Assembly: GCA_004764695.1 (NCBI GenBank) | Contig: SMSO01000031.1 | Coordinates: 6,182,761-6,246,760 of the forward strand | Reading direction: 5' to 3' | DNA from: Schizochytrium sp. TIO01 | Taxonomy: Eukaryota > Protista > Bigyra: Labyrinthulomycetes | DNA length: 64,000 nt | Part shown: piece by piece, positions 10,217 to 21,342 of the stretch | Layout: the number at the start of each line of letters is the position of its first letter | Position numbering within the stretch: position 1 is the first letter of the stretch | Notes under the pieces: model-generated | What the model saw: only the letters and a program-made list of their open reading frames with translations | Told to the model about the DNA's origin: nothing | Databases searched by the model: none | Position numbers and translations under genes: made by a program

Positions 10217-13200
10217 TTAGACAGACTTTCCGTATTTCTTTTCAAGTTTGTCTAAGAGAACCTGCTCGCGGCCAGCAAAGGTTCGCATAATTTTATCCAT
10301 AGAATCGAGCTTCTCAGGATTGTATTTTGCATAGAATGCCTCTACCTTCGCTCGAACCTCTTCAACGCTCAGAACATCGTTATCACCATCGTGTTCTTCT
10401 ACATCATTGTTCACAACCTGCGCTGCGGCCTCGGCAGACGTTGGTGGAACAGTCGGCGTGGAGGTGACATCACCGGCAGCAGATACTCCTGCGGACACCC
10501 CTACTGTGTCTTGTTCATCATTGTGTTCACTCATGTCACTTTTCGGAACTGTCACCGAGTCACGCTTTCGTGGAATAGGCGGAGGCGGTCCTGGTACAGG
10601 AGGGAGCTCTCGTTCCTCCTCCTCGCTCACTACTGCAGCAGATTGGGGCGCAGGGACCGGTGGAAGCTGACGCTCCACTTCTTTTACGGGTTTTGGTACA
10701 CTAGGAGCTGCGGACGGAGCAGGGGGTACTGGCGGTGCAGCAAACTTTTGTGAAAACCTCATACTACCAGAGCGAAATGACCCAGACGCAAATGTCTTAG
10801 CACTCCCACCCGAAGTGGAGTGCTGTGACTTTGGAAATCCGCACTGGCAGGTATTAAATGTTGCAGCAGTCATGTCCAGACGGAAATTATCACAAGGACC
10901 GTCACCCGGTGCAGTACTTTCAGTCATGATAGTTTTCTCACTGCCGTGCTCACGGTTCTTCATCTGGCGGCGCTCCAATAGGGCTCGCATCTCATCGTTA
11001 GCACCAAGAACAGGAATTCCAGACATATATTTGCGGGAAGCCACCGAAGGTGTGCTGTGGGGCGAAGCATCGCTCTCTAGATAAGTACCCGGCGTCACTT
11101 CCAGTATCCTCATGATCTCCTCCCTTTGCAGATCCGTGCGATGTCCCAGCCGCAGCTGCAGCAAGAGCTTCACGTTCGCGTCTGGCGCGCTCTTCTTGAC
11201 GGGCAAAACGTTCCTGTCGTTCCAGCTCTAACCGCTCTTCTTCAGTCATCTCAGGAGATGCATCGCTTGCTGCATCGTCTTCTCTCTCAACGATCGCATT
11301 TTCTTCCTCTTCGCCGACAGCTTCAACAGCATTAGCATCAACACTAATATCACCCGAACTCTTGCCAGCAGACTTTGTCTTCGCCTTCGCGATTGCTACA
11401 TCGTCTTCTTCATCCGTCATATCAGCGTCCTCTGCATTATGGTGTACTGATGCAGCTGGCGGGGCGCTAGGCTCGTCAAGATCTTGTTCTGCATCCTCAA
11501 CGTCGCTCAAAGCTGCTGCAGAATATACAGGCTTTGAAGCTGCGGGAGGCGGTGGCGGTGGCGGTGCCGGCGCGTTTGAACTTTTAGCATTATTTGAAGC
11601 TTGTTTGGATGCCATTGAGGAGTCATAGATCACTTCACCTTCTTCGTACTCGGATTCCTCATCATCATCCTCGTCATCCTGTGAAAAACGACGAGCTGAG
11701 CTCACTTCGCTATCCCCTGCCTCGTCATCTGTAATTTCCACAATTTCTTCAACAACTTGCGGTTGAGCATGAACGTCGCTATTCACTTCATCTGCAGCTA
11801 CAAGATCATCTTCACGAGTTGGTAGAGGAGGTGGAGGAGGCGGTGGCTGCTGAGCGGAATTTGAAATGTCAATACCGGTATCAGAGAACTTTCGCTCACT
11901 GTTATTTGTTTCCAGACTCATCCTTGCTGAGTTGCGGCTTGGCAATGGCGGAGGAGGTCCAGGCATTTTAGATGGCGGAGCCACAACTTCTGATTCATCA
12001 TCTCCAGCTTCGTAGTCACTCTCTGCAGGTGTAGGAGTCCTTGCCGGAAGAGGCGGAGGCGGCGGGGGTGGCGCCTTCACTGCAGAGTTCGTCGTAGCAG
12101 GCGAGAGTTCGTCGTCAGACTGTACATCAGAGGCCTCCTGAGAGCTCACTTGCTTAGGCGGAGGAGGTGGTGGCATCAGAGTTGCTCCAGAACTCGCCGC
12201 AGGTTTGTGCATTTCCTCCTCTTGGTCAGGATGTAGTTGGTCCTTGGCATCAATGCCTCGAGACGAAGCCGCCTTACGTACACGGAGTTTCTGCATCGCA
12301 GCCATCGCCAAGGCCGCTGCAGCTGCAGAATTAGTGGAGTTTCGTTTTTCTGAATACGAAAGTGACTGCGATTGGGAGCTTGCTTCCTCGTCGAAGTCCT
12401 CTTCGTCAGCTTCATGGCCACCGTCTCGAGGTGAAGATGTCACCGCTGGGGCTGCCAATTTGGCCTCGTTCGCCAGAGTTTTGAGCTTTTTCTTAGTCAT
12501 ATAGTCAAGGTTTCCCCAGACCTCGTCAGAGCAACCTTGAGTATCTAGTTTGGCCAAATCAGTGTACTCTTCAACGCCGCACGCAAGAAGGTCTTCATGA
12601 AGGCTTTCCAATCGACGTGCGCGAAGGGCAGACTTGAGACTTTTGTAAATAACATGGTTTTCGCTGCTCGGGCTGGCAGGTACCTCATCTACCATTAGCG
12701 AAGGCCGCCCAGGGAGTCGAATACTATCGCGTAAACGAGCTTCCTCTTCTGGATCAATGTTCAGGTTGCGACCTGCAATTGGCTCTTCACTGTCCTCTTC
12801 TGTTGCGTCTTCGTAGGCGCTAGCGACAGAATTATCTACCATGCTCTCGACATCTGCAGCAGCACCTGAAGCAGTGCTACGTACAGAAGATCGATTTGAT
12901 GGCAAAGATTGACGCTTGGGTGGTGGTGGTGGTGGTCCGGGTGCTGCTGCTACTGCTGGTGGGGCTGGAGGCGCTGGCGGAGCACTAGGCTCGTTATAGC
13001 CTTGATCGTAGTCATCTTGTTGCTGGTTTGTCTCAGCCCTGAGCGAATCGATCGTGTTCACACCCTGCAGACCTCCCAATCCAGTGCAGCATCCATATTT
13101 CTGCAGAAGACCATTATCAAGGCGCTGCAGACCAGATTTGCGGACGAACTCCATAATCTTGTTCATGCTTGTGAGCTTTGAAGGCTCATAGATTTCATAA

Positions 13201-13637
13201 AATTGTTCGAGCTTGAGGCGGACCTGGTTTTCAGGCACTCCGTCAATTTGGGCGTGGCCACCATAAGAATCTCCAGCACCCATGTCCAGCTCATCAAAAT
13301 CCTCGCTTTCTACGACAGGTCCAGCATTGGCAGTCGTACGTTGAGGTCTAGGAGGCGGAGGGGGGTTGCTGTCACTATTTGCTCCGGCACCTTGGCCATG
13401 CGGAGGTGGAGGCGGTGGAGGTGTACGAGGTTCATCAGCGGTGTAATCAGGCGCTGCATATGGCACATCCGTATCTTCCGTAAAATGGTCATCCGAGGCA
13501 ACATCAGTGGCTGCGGCATCCTGAATGATGTCTTGATCCTGGGCTTGATCAAGCTGCTCTTGGTCCTGGTCAGTCTGCTCCGACTTGCCCTTGTCCTTCT
13601 TGCGGCTCTTGGCCTTGAGTTTGCTGAAAAAACCCAT
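10217..13637 (-). CDS. Large acidic, polyproline-rich scaffold protein with a SAM-like domain, a C3H Zn-finger-like motif and two FY..Y.P.KL...KYG helical domains; split by a +1 frameshift near 11088-11090
   Basis: Overlapping ORFs 10998..13643 and 10217..11206 join if one G is removed from GCCGGGTAC. First ATG at 13637 (MGFFSKLK). Both halves carry the same FYxxYxPxKL..M.KIM...KYG domain, which supports a single gene. Confidence 0.7.
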
Positions 13638-14454
13638 TTCCAAGATCGCTAAATCTCACAGCTCTCCCCGCTTTCAGCCCCAATTTCGCACCACGTCTCA
13701 GCTGTGTCCACAGATTCCGTCACAAAGCCCAAGATTTGCGTAGCTCTTCGCAAAGCTCGTCAGAATCCCAAAGATATTCCAAGCCTCTGAGTCTCTTTAC
13801 AGCCTAGACTCCTGAGGACGCAGCAATGAGAAAGCCCTAGCGAACCCGCCTGCGAGCGATCCCAACACGCACTTGCAGCTTGTTTCGCCAAAGACCGCTC
13901 AAAAGGAAGCTTGCACGATGCCGCCGTCAGCGCCAGGCACCGGCCAGCGAGAGGTAGTCTGCAAGCCTCTTTCGCGACGGGGTTTGTTTCCCATCTCGCT
14001 CTTCAGCAAGAGCAAACGAAGCCGGAGCGCGTCGGCGAATCTACCCCTCTCCAAATACGCCGACACTCATTCAAGGCCCCCTTCACCAAGCGAAAACCCT
14101 CCGCACGTACCTGCAGAATGAGGGGTATGGCACAACTCCATGCGGAGATAACTCGCCGAAATATATAGATACAGCTACGAAGCAAGCAAAATATGATATG
14201 ATACACAAATTTAGGATCGTGAGACTTGGACTTAATTTCAAGAGCAGGTTTATTTATGCACGGGCCCTGCAATCGGTATCGAAACAGCAGTGTCGTCAGC
14301 ACGGCGGTTCGGGTGGCGCAGAGGTACCTCCTGCTGTGTAGAGAAGCTCTGTGGAGCCCTGGAGCTGCTGTTGGTCTTCTTCGCTGTTTCCCAAGCGCGC
14401 TTATTTTGTTCGTCGTGTCTTTTGTCTTCAAGATTGTAATTTATTTTCTTTGTA

Positions 14455-14494
14455 CAAACAAAGAAACAAAGAAACAAAGAAACAAAGAAACAAA
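14455..14494. repeat. (AAACAAAG)n octamer tandem repeat, about 5 copies
   Basis: Read directly from the sequence. Confidence 0.9.
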
Positions 14495-16174
14495 GTGGAA
14501 AGTAAAAGAAAACGGAGAAAGGAAACGTAAAGGAAAAGTTAATTTTTTTTATTTAAATAAGTAAAATAATAATAATACTAAAAGTAAAGGTAAAATAAGC
14601 TCTCATCGCATGTTTTCACGAAGTTCTTGCGGAAACCGCCGCAGAAACCGTTCGCGCTGAGGCCTCAACCCACGCTGACTGGGACCTTGCCCACGGCCGG
14701 AGCGGGTCTGAGGGTTTACAGCGCAACGTCCGCTCGTTTCCAACTTCTTCGTTCTGCTACGGAGGAATAAATAGGTAAAGAATGCTCTTTCTTTTGCAGC
14801 GGTCAATCCACTTATTACTCACGCGCCTTTTAACTCTCATTTGTGGGTTTTGATCGCTTTTCTGCGTTGGAAAAACAACTCAATTCGACAGATGAACTGC
14901 GATCGCTTTTGCAATCAGAAAAGCTCAGTCGAATGCAATGCGGTGCGTTGCGATGCAGATGGACAGTGACAGGCGTGGCTCCTCTGCACAGCAGTCGCAT
15001 GCACCTGCGGTGATCTCTCTCAGGGCAGGAGATGGATATCGACCAGTTCTACGCCTTTTGGTTTTCAGTGTTTTGTTTGCTCGTTCATCATCGACGATGG
15101 AAATGTAATGCAAAAGATGCCGAGAGCTTCAGGTGTACGAGCAATGAAATTGGGCCCAGCAGCATGAATCAAAGCAAGATCTCCACGCCGCCGTGGGCAG
15201 AGCTCACTCGGCTCGTGGCGCGGGACCGCCGAAGGATCGCAGACTTCGCGACACCTGCAGAACCGGTAGCTGCAGGGCAAGGCTAGAAAGCATCAGCTTC
15301 GTAGTTGCCGATGATGTTGTTCTTAGAGATAGCAAGTGCATAGGTACTGACTTCTCCATCTTCTTCTTCCTGGTCTTCTGGCAGGCAGGGTTGAACGCCT
15401 TGACTTGGACTTGGCCGTGCTCTCGAGCTGTTCCGCTTTGCGGCGTTCGGGGCTGAGCGGATGACCACGTGAATTCAGTCGGTGCTGGCTGCCAGACTGA
15501 CTCATGAGCTCGTTCTTCGATCGGCCGCTCGAGTCATGGACCAACAACTTCAATGGTCGGTCACTGCGGAGACCTTACTTGCAGCAAAGGTTGAGGAGCG
15601 TGGGACTCTTCGCAAATAGTGTGATGACCACTCCGGTGGTCTTAGCTCAGCTGGGAGCCTTGATCTAAATATGGGGTCCTACGAGCTGTACTGCACGCCC
15701 TGTCTTCATTTCTTCACGCGAAGAGTTACACAGCAAACAAAGAGTCAGACCTCTCTGCTGAACCGCACTGAGCCTCGCCAAGATCAACAACAATCTATCC
15801 ACCTTTAGCTCCAGAGATGTACATTGAAGCTTGGGTAGGTAAGCACGAAGGAGTCCTGACCGCCCGAGAGGTGTCGCCTTTTGTTCTCGCAGCTGCTCCA
15901 TGAACAATCTTTGCGATGTAAAGTATGATTCTGAGATCTGTCTGTTTTAGTCTTCTGCTGCAAAATAGTAAGAAGTGGTAACTTGTGACCTAGAGCAATA
16001 TTTAATTTTTAATTATTTTTTTCCCCTCGATAGCAGAGACACGATAGAAAAGCAAAACGGGGAGGAAAGCAAGAAAACGTGTTTTTGGTCCCCAACTGAT
16101 CAACAGAGATGTGGGGATTATAGGTCTCTATAACACATACTATGAAATGACTTGTCTAGGACAAAACCATCAAC

Positions 16175-19100
16175 CTACGGCCCAGCATTGTTAATGTTTC
16201 GCACTTGCTGCAAAATAGACATTTTCAGCTCCTCATCGTTACAGTTGTTACGAATGAGTTGAAGTGTGGTTGTGTCCTTTAGGGAAACTGCCACGCTAAT
16301 GGCGTTTTCCCAAGACTTAGTCTTAACAAAGGCTTCAAGCCTTTCCTGATCATCCTTGATCATCTGAGCAAAGTGCCGTGCTTCCTCGAGATTATCTGCT
16401 TCAGCGCATGCCGTAACGAAGTCGAGCAATGGCGCTGCAAGGCGTTTGTGTGAAGCCATCGCCCGAAGCTTGGACCACTCCAGGAGCTGTGCATGCGCCC
16501 GGATTTGAATGTGCGCAAAGTTTCTATCTGACATCTTGAATTCTTCCTTGATCTCGCGAGCCTTCTCGTCGAGATGCAAGACTAAACAGTTATAGACTGT
16601 ATCAGCTAAAGAGTTGTCCACAAAGTAAGACTGTCCAGTGTTTGACTCAAGCTCGCGTTGAATACTCAGGAGCCGAATGTGCTCATTCGTGGCGCGCGCA
16701 TAAAAGGACCCATAGCGATCCCTTTGGTAAGATTCGACCGCAACTGCCATTTTAGCCAGACGAGGTTTAAGTGAATCACATGCAAATGCCTCTTTGATGT
16801 GGACGCGAGCTAGGCGCGCTGGGTGCACAGTATATGTATACAAATCTTTGAGCATTGCGAGGTCGCCAGAAGCTTCGCAGAACTGTGCTAACGCTGCACG
16901 AACTAATGGAAAGCGACGAATCAACTCGAGGTAACTCGAGCGGGAGGCGACACGCGCGGCTGCGCTCTCACCTTCGCCAGAGTCCCTAGGATCATGTCTT
17001 AGTGGTGACTGAGAACCTGGCCAGGTATACAAAGCAGCAAAGAGGATGATATTAGGGTCATAAGAGTGAACAGCATACTTGAAGGCCTCACGATAGTCCT
17101 CAAGCTCTAGTAGCTGCACAGTCCGCCGAATGCTCACAGGTTCCTGGCGAGCTAAAAGGATAGCCGCGTATGTTTTCCCAGAGGCAGCCGCCATCCGAGA
17201 TAAGCGTGCGTACGGGATTCCACGAACAGGTGCAAGCCTGGCAAGGAGTAGGTCCACTAAGTTCCGCTCTTGCTCTGCCCTCCACGGTGAAGTAAGTATA
17301 CGTTGCGAGAGAAGACCTGGGCCAAGTTCACCTGACAAGTCCACCTGACTTTCGGCATCGTTTGCTATTACTGAAGCTTGGTCACCTTCGCTTTCTCCTC
17401 CTGCTGCTGCCGCCGATGCTGCTACTGTTGCACTGCCACCTTGACCTATGAGTGGAGAAGGAGGAAGTGGCGGAGTGAGGCTTCGTGGAGTTGTCCCATT
17501 GCTGGAAGGTGTTGCATGAGCACTCGAGTGAGACCTAAGCAAAGACGAATGTGTGGAGGTGCTTGCTGGGTTGTGCTCTGGAGCCGTGTAAATTTGCCTG
17601 CTCAAACTTGCCGCAATTGCTGAGGATTTCGCCAAAGTTTGACTAGATTGGCTAATACTAGACGGCGTACGTGTGAAAGAAGGTTCGGCTATTTGTGCTG
17701 GATTTTGCGGGACTATTGCAGTAGCAGGCAAATCCGCCTTTAGTTTGGCACAGGCCCAATCAACAAGTATGGCTTGCTTTACCGACGCATTCAGACCAAG
17801 ATAAGAAGAGACCTTGAGTGCAAGCAAGTGCATGCGGCGACCTGCAAGACGAAAAGCAAGTCGTGGCGCACCCATGAACATAAATTGTTGCATGGTTAGA
17901 GGCAAAGCGACAGATGAATGCCGAACGATATTAAGTACACGTAGAGCGTTACAAGCAAGTACAAAAGCTGACGAACATTCTCGGCGTTCACTGTCACCAT
18001 CGCAAAATGATTTCCCAAGAGATGCAGCTCGCAAAAGCTGTTCCTGCCTAGAAACATCGAATTCAGCTTTAGCAGCCTCGATACAGTCAGTAATAGCTTT
18101 GATAAGCAGGCCATCTTCTTTTAAAGCTTTCATTCCATCGGCCGCAGACTTGTCGTTATTATCCATTGCTTCAGTTACATCACAGAGCATAGCAGCTGGC
18201 TCGAAAGACCCAATACGGCCAACAGCTTCTGTACTCGGGCTGACACGCTGTAGAATTTCGATTTCCCTACTGGAGATTATTCGTAAGGCATCAATTTCCT
18301 GCACGATAACAACGGGCTCACTATAAGTATATTTAATCCAGTCACCGTAAGGTCCAACCACCAGAAGTCCGAGCTCATTCCACTGCATTACGACTGCATC
18401 TGATCCACACCAACACATTTGTGCAGGTGCAATACCGGCCTTTGTGTCAAATTCGAGAAAGGTCGTGCTAAAGTCAGAGCTCATGACTGTAAGGCAGCCG
18501 TTGCGGGAAAAGAATGCAATGTATTTACCATTTGGCGCTGCGCTTGCCCTAAGGACAAAATCACGATCCAGCGTTGTCGGGGACCTTGCAGGGGAATTTG
18601 TGCTGTTTGACTTTGCATTGGTTGTCTCCACCTTCCCTTCCCCCTCCTTGTGCACATGTTGTTCTCCTACATGTTTCCTCTCTGCATCTTTCATAGACAC
18701 TACAAAAACGACACCGGACGCCATTGCTACAACAACTTGAACGGCGCCCAATCGCACATTCTTTTGTTGCATTTGCACTCTGTCGACAACAACCGTCATT
18801 GCAGCCACATCAACCCTTGCCAAAGCTGCTCCCGCACTCATCGGCCGGCCTTCGTTAAGCACATGCACCTTTCCCGGATCACCTCCAAGCGCAACCACCA
18901 CTTTTCCACTTCTCAGTACAGCCGCCACACCTTCTCCGAACACGCACGCCTGCACGACAAAGCCATCATGTTCATCGCCTTCCTCTAGAGCGAGATTCAT
19001 TACCCGCGCTCCAAGATCCTCCTCACTGAGCCCAAAATTCTCACGATCAAGTTCCCCAAGAATTTCTCCGCGGACGCCGCTGCTGCCAGACTCATCTTTG

Positions 19101-19600
19101 GAATCTGAAGAGAACGGATTACTTGATGCAGAATCCTTAGCTTTAGAGATATTTGACTTGGAGTTCTTTGTTTTGGGGTTCTCAGTTCTTGGCCTACGCC
19201 GCCTTCGAAGCTCCTGCGCCGGGTTCATACCATGAGCAGTCACAGCAAAGACAGCACCTGTGACATAGACAGTGACACAAAGTTCTTCGCCAAAACCTGC
19301 CACGCGATCAACCCAGCCGAGACCACCAGGTGCGAGTGGGGTTGTGGCATTAATACGGAGCTGTCCAAGAGTGGTGCCGCACATGTCGCGTAGTTGACCG
19401 CCCTGGCTGCCCTGGAGGAGTGGATCTGAATCATCTGGCACGTCAAGAAGCGCGAGAGGACCCCCGAAGGGTGCTGCGGCAACACCACCGAAGGCGAGAA
19501 GGCTGCTGAGTTTATCTGGCGAAGAGAAAGCAGCGTCAAGGTCAGAGTAGATCGGTTGCTTGCAGAAGCTGAGGCCACCAAGTCGCTGCCAAGTGCTCAT
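16175..19600 (-). CDS. VPS16: Vacuolar protein sorting 16 (HOPS/CORVET subunit)
   Basis: Likely ATG at 19600 (MSTWQRLGG...KQPIY). Motifs APFGGPLAL, SAAPNGKYIAFF, PAQMCWCGSDAVV, QEIDALRI, IGSFEPAAML, CIEAAKAEFD..QEQLLRAASLGKSF, LRVLNIVR, DWACAK and C-terminal FKMSDRNF. Confidence 0.93.
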   Translation of the reverse strand: MSTWQRLGGLSFCKQPIYSDLDAAFSSPDKLSSLLAFGGVAAAPFGGPLALLDVPDDSDPLLQGSQGGQLRDMCGTTLGQLRINATTPLAPGGLGWVDRVAGFGEELCVTVYVTGAVFAVTAHGMNPAQELRRRRRPRTENPKTKNSKSNISKAKDSASSNPFSSDSKDESGSSGVRGEILGELDRENFGLSEEDLGARVMNLALEEGDEHDGFVVQACVFGEGVAAVLRSGKVVVALGGDPGKVHVLNEGRPMSAGAALARVDVAAMTVVVDRVQMQQKNVRLGAVQVVVAMASGVVFVVSMKDAERKHVGEQHVHKEGEGKVETTNAKSNSTNSPARSPTTLDRDFVLRASAAPNGKYIAFFSRNGCLTVMSSDFSTTFLEFDTKAGIAPAQMCWCGSDAVVMQWNELGLLVVGPYGDWIKYTYSEPVVIVQEIDALRIISSREIEILQRVSPSTEAVGRIGSFEPAAMLCDVTEAMDNNDKSAADGMKALKEDGLLIKAITDCIEAAKAEFDVSRQEQLLRAASLGKSFCDGDSERRECSSAFVLACNALRVLNIVRHSSVALPLTMQQFMFMGAPRLAFRLAGRRMHLLALKVSSYLGLNASVKQAILVDWACAKLKADLPATAIVPQNPAQIAEPSFTRTPSSISQSSQTLAKSSAIAASLSRQIYTAPEHNPASTSTHSSLLRSHSSAHATPSSNGTTPRSLTPPLPPSPLIGQGGSATVAASAAAAGGESEGDQASVIANDAESQVDLSGELGPGLLSQRILTSPWRAEQERNLVDLLLARLAPVRGIPYARLSRMAAASGKTYAAILLARQEPVSIRRTVQLLELEDYREAFKYAVHSYDPNIILFAALYTWPGSQSPLRHDPRDSGEGESAAARVASRSSYLELIRRFPLVRAALAQFCEASGDLAMLKDLYTYTVHPARLARVHIKEAFACDSLKPRLAKMAVAVESYQRDRYGSFYARATNEHIRLLSIQRELESNTGQSYFVDNSLADTVYNCLVLHLDEKAREIKEEFKMSDRNFAHIQIRAHAQLLEWSKLRAMASHKRLAAPLLDFVTACAEADNLEEARHFAQMIKDDQERLEAFVKTKSWENAISVAVSLKDTTTLQLIRNNCNDEELKMSILQQVRNINNAGP

Positions 19601-20421
19601 GGCGCGACAAATGGCGCCGCGGGCGCGAGCTTGGACCGAGGTTGAGGCCGCCGACTCAAGCCGGTCGCACGGTGGACCTTTATGGATGAAATGGAACCAA
19701 AGATTGATGTTATCTTGGATTGGAGATTTGTGAAGATGGAAAATGATCTTTGCAAGTGGCAATTTTTCTAATCTTTTATAAATTTATCTCATATGAAATC
19801 AAAATTGATTATTTAATTTCGATGATAATCGCCAAATGGGCGCAGTTTGAACCTTCATGATAAAATGCCATAATGCAATTGAGGGCGGTGAATATTTGGT
19901 CCTGGTCTCTCAAGTTTCAATATTTACATTTATATTCTCACTCTTGTGATTTAGAGATGAGATGATATTCATGTTCAAGAAGTTAGCCACAACGCCACAT
20001 GCATTTTTGTTCTTCTTCGATTGCACTTGCCCCTCACGACCACAAACTCTTTTGACAGAAACTATTTGAAGCTCCTGCTGCCCTATTCCAAAGAGCATAA
20101 AGACTGTTGGACCAAATAGGATGCCGTTTTATCAACCACTAGTTTGTGGACGTCGTGCAAGCAAGCAACCAAAATGATCGAAAAAAATAAAACAACTCAA
20201 AATAAACGTTGACTTGCTGATCAGAAAATGGGTTGCGCAAATGTGGGTTTCAATTAGCGCAACACAACAAACAAAACATCAACCAACTCCGCCAGAGCAC
20301 TGCCAGAAATAGAAGAAGGGGGAGGAGAAGGAGGAGAAGTGTTTTGTTGTTTGAGCGTGTGGTGGACCGCGTGTTTGTTATTACGGATCAGGAAAGCACA
20401 GATCAAGGGGTAGACGAGAAG

Positions 20422-21342
20422 ATGTCGCAGGAAGCGGAAGGCTTCATCGCTGATGCGCCCAAGCTGGCGCCCTTCAACCCCAGCAGCGCCGATGTAATCC
20501 GACAGGCTTGCGACCTTTTGGCTAAGACGGGCGGCATTGGTAAGGAAGATGTTGTCTTTGAGCTTGGTTGTGGAGATGCCAGACTTCTGTGCGCCCTGGC
20601 ACAGAAGTTTGGGTGTCGAGGCGTCGGCGTTGAGTACGACGCTCGATTTGTGCAGCGAGCGCAGCAGGAAATCGAGCATTACAAAGTAAGTCATCTCGTA
20701 GAGGTGCGCCATGCTGACGTCACCAAGATCAAGGACATTGACCAAGCTACAGTGGTCTTCATGTACTTGAATGTTCAGGACGACAGAGATCTTCAGAAAC
20801 TCGTGGGGGACGCGTATAGTAACGGCGCACGGATTCTCTCTAGCATGTTCTCGTTGAAGTATTTAGGAGACTTCAATGATGCAGTTGTCTGTGACGGTAT
20901 CACGCGGCTCTACTATTACCGTAAGCCGGTTGATGCGGAGGATGAAGATGCGGATTTGGCGTCTCCAGAGGCGTCTGGAAACGGCCAGGATGCTTTGCAA
21001 AACGTGCAGGGTGGAGATGAAGGCGAAAAGTCAGAGCTGCTCAAAAAGCTCGAATGGTTCTTTGACCCATTGCGAAACCCTTATATTATTAAGGTATTCA
21101 ACGGTGCTATGATCTCGTTGTTCTTACTGTTAATCTTCCTCGTGTATAATGGTCTCGGTAACATTCACATTTATAACATTGTGTTACTTTCAATGTGTCT
21201 TTTTTGTGCAGTGAACTGGTTTATTCGTGAGTATCGTGCTGCTGTGGAAAAGGAGACCCAGGAAAAGGAAGAAGCCAAGAATGGCGAGCAGCTGTCTGGG
21301 TTATCAGCAGATAAGCCTGCCGAAGCGAAGAAAGCGGATTGA
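20422..21342 (+). CDS. Class I SAM-dependent methyltransferase (FAM173/ATPSCKMT-like) fused to a C-terminal Pkr1-like V-ATPase assembly domain
   Basis: First ATG at 20422. MTase motifs LAPFNPSS, VVFELGCGDARLL, GVGVEYD, ATVVFMYL, GARILSSMF. The two-TM C-terminus (WFFDP..NPYII...LIFLVYNGLGNIHIY...LFCAVNWFIREY) resembles fungal Pkr1. The protein ends KKAD*. Confidence 0.8.
   Translation: MSQEAEGFIADAPKLAPFNPSSADVIRQACDLLAKTGGIGKEDVVFELGCGDARLLCALAQKFGCRGVGVEYDARFVQRAQQEIEHYKVSHLVEVRHADVTKIKDIDQATVVFMYLNVQDDRDLQKLVGDAYSNGARILSSMFSLKYLGDFNDAVVCDGITRLYYYRKPVDAEDEDADLASPEASGNGQDALQNVQGGDEGEKSELLKKLEWFFDPLRNPYIIKVFNGAMISLFLLLIFLVYNGLGNIHIYNIVLLSMCLFCAVNWFIREYRAAVEKETQEKEEAKNGEQLSGLSADKPAEAKKAD

Noticed and set aside
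19601-20421. N-terminal extensions from TTG/GTG starts in the ORF track (VPS16, methyltransferase, also HERC)
   Set aside because: These are prokaryotic-style start calls; family similarity begins at the downstream ATGs.
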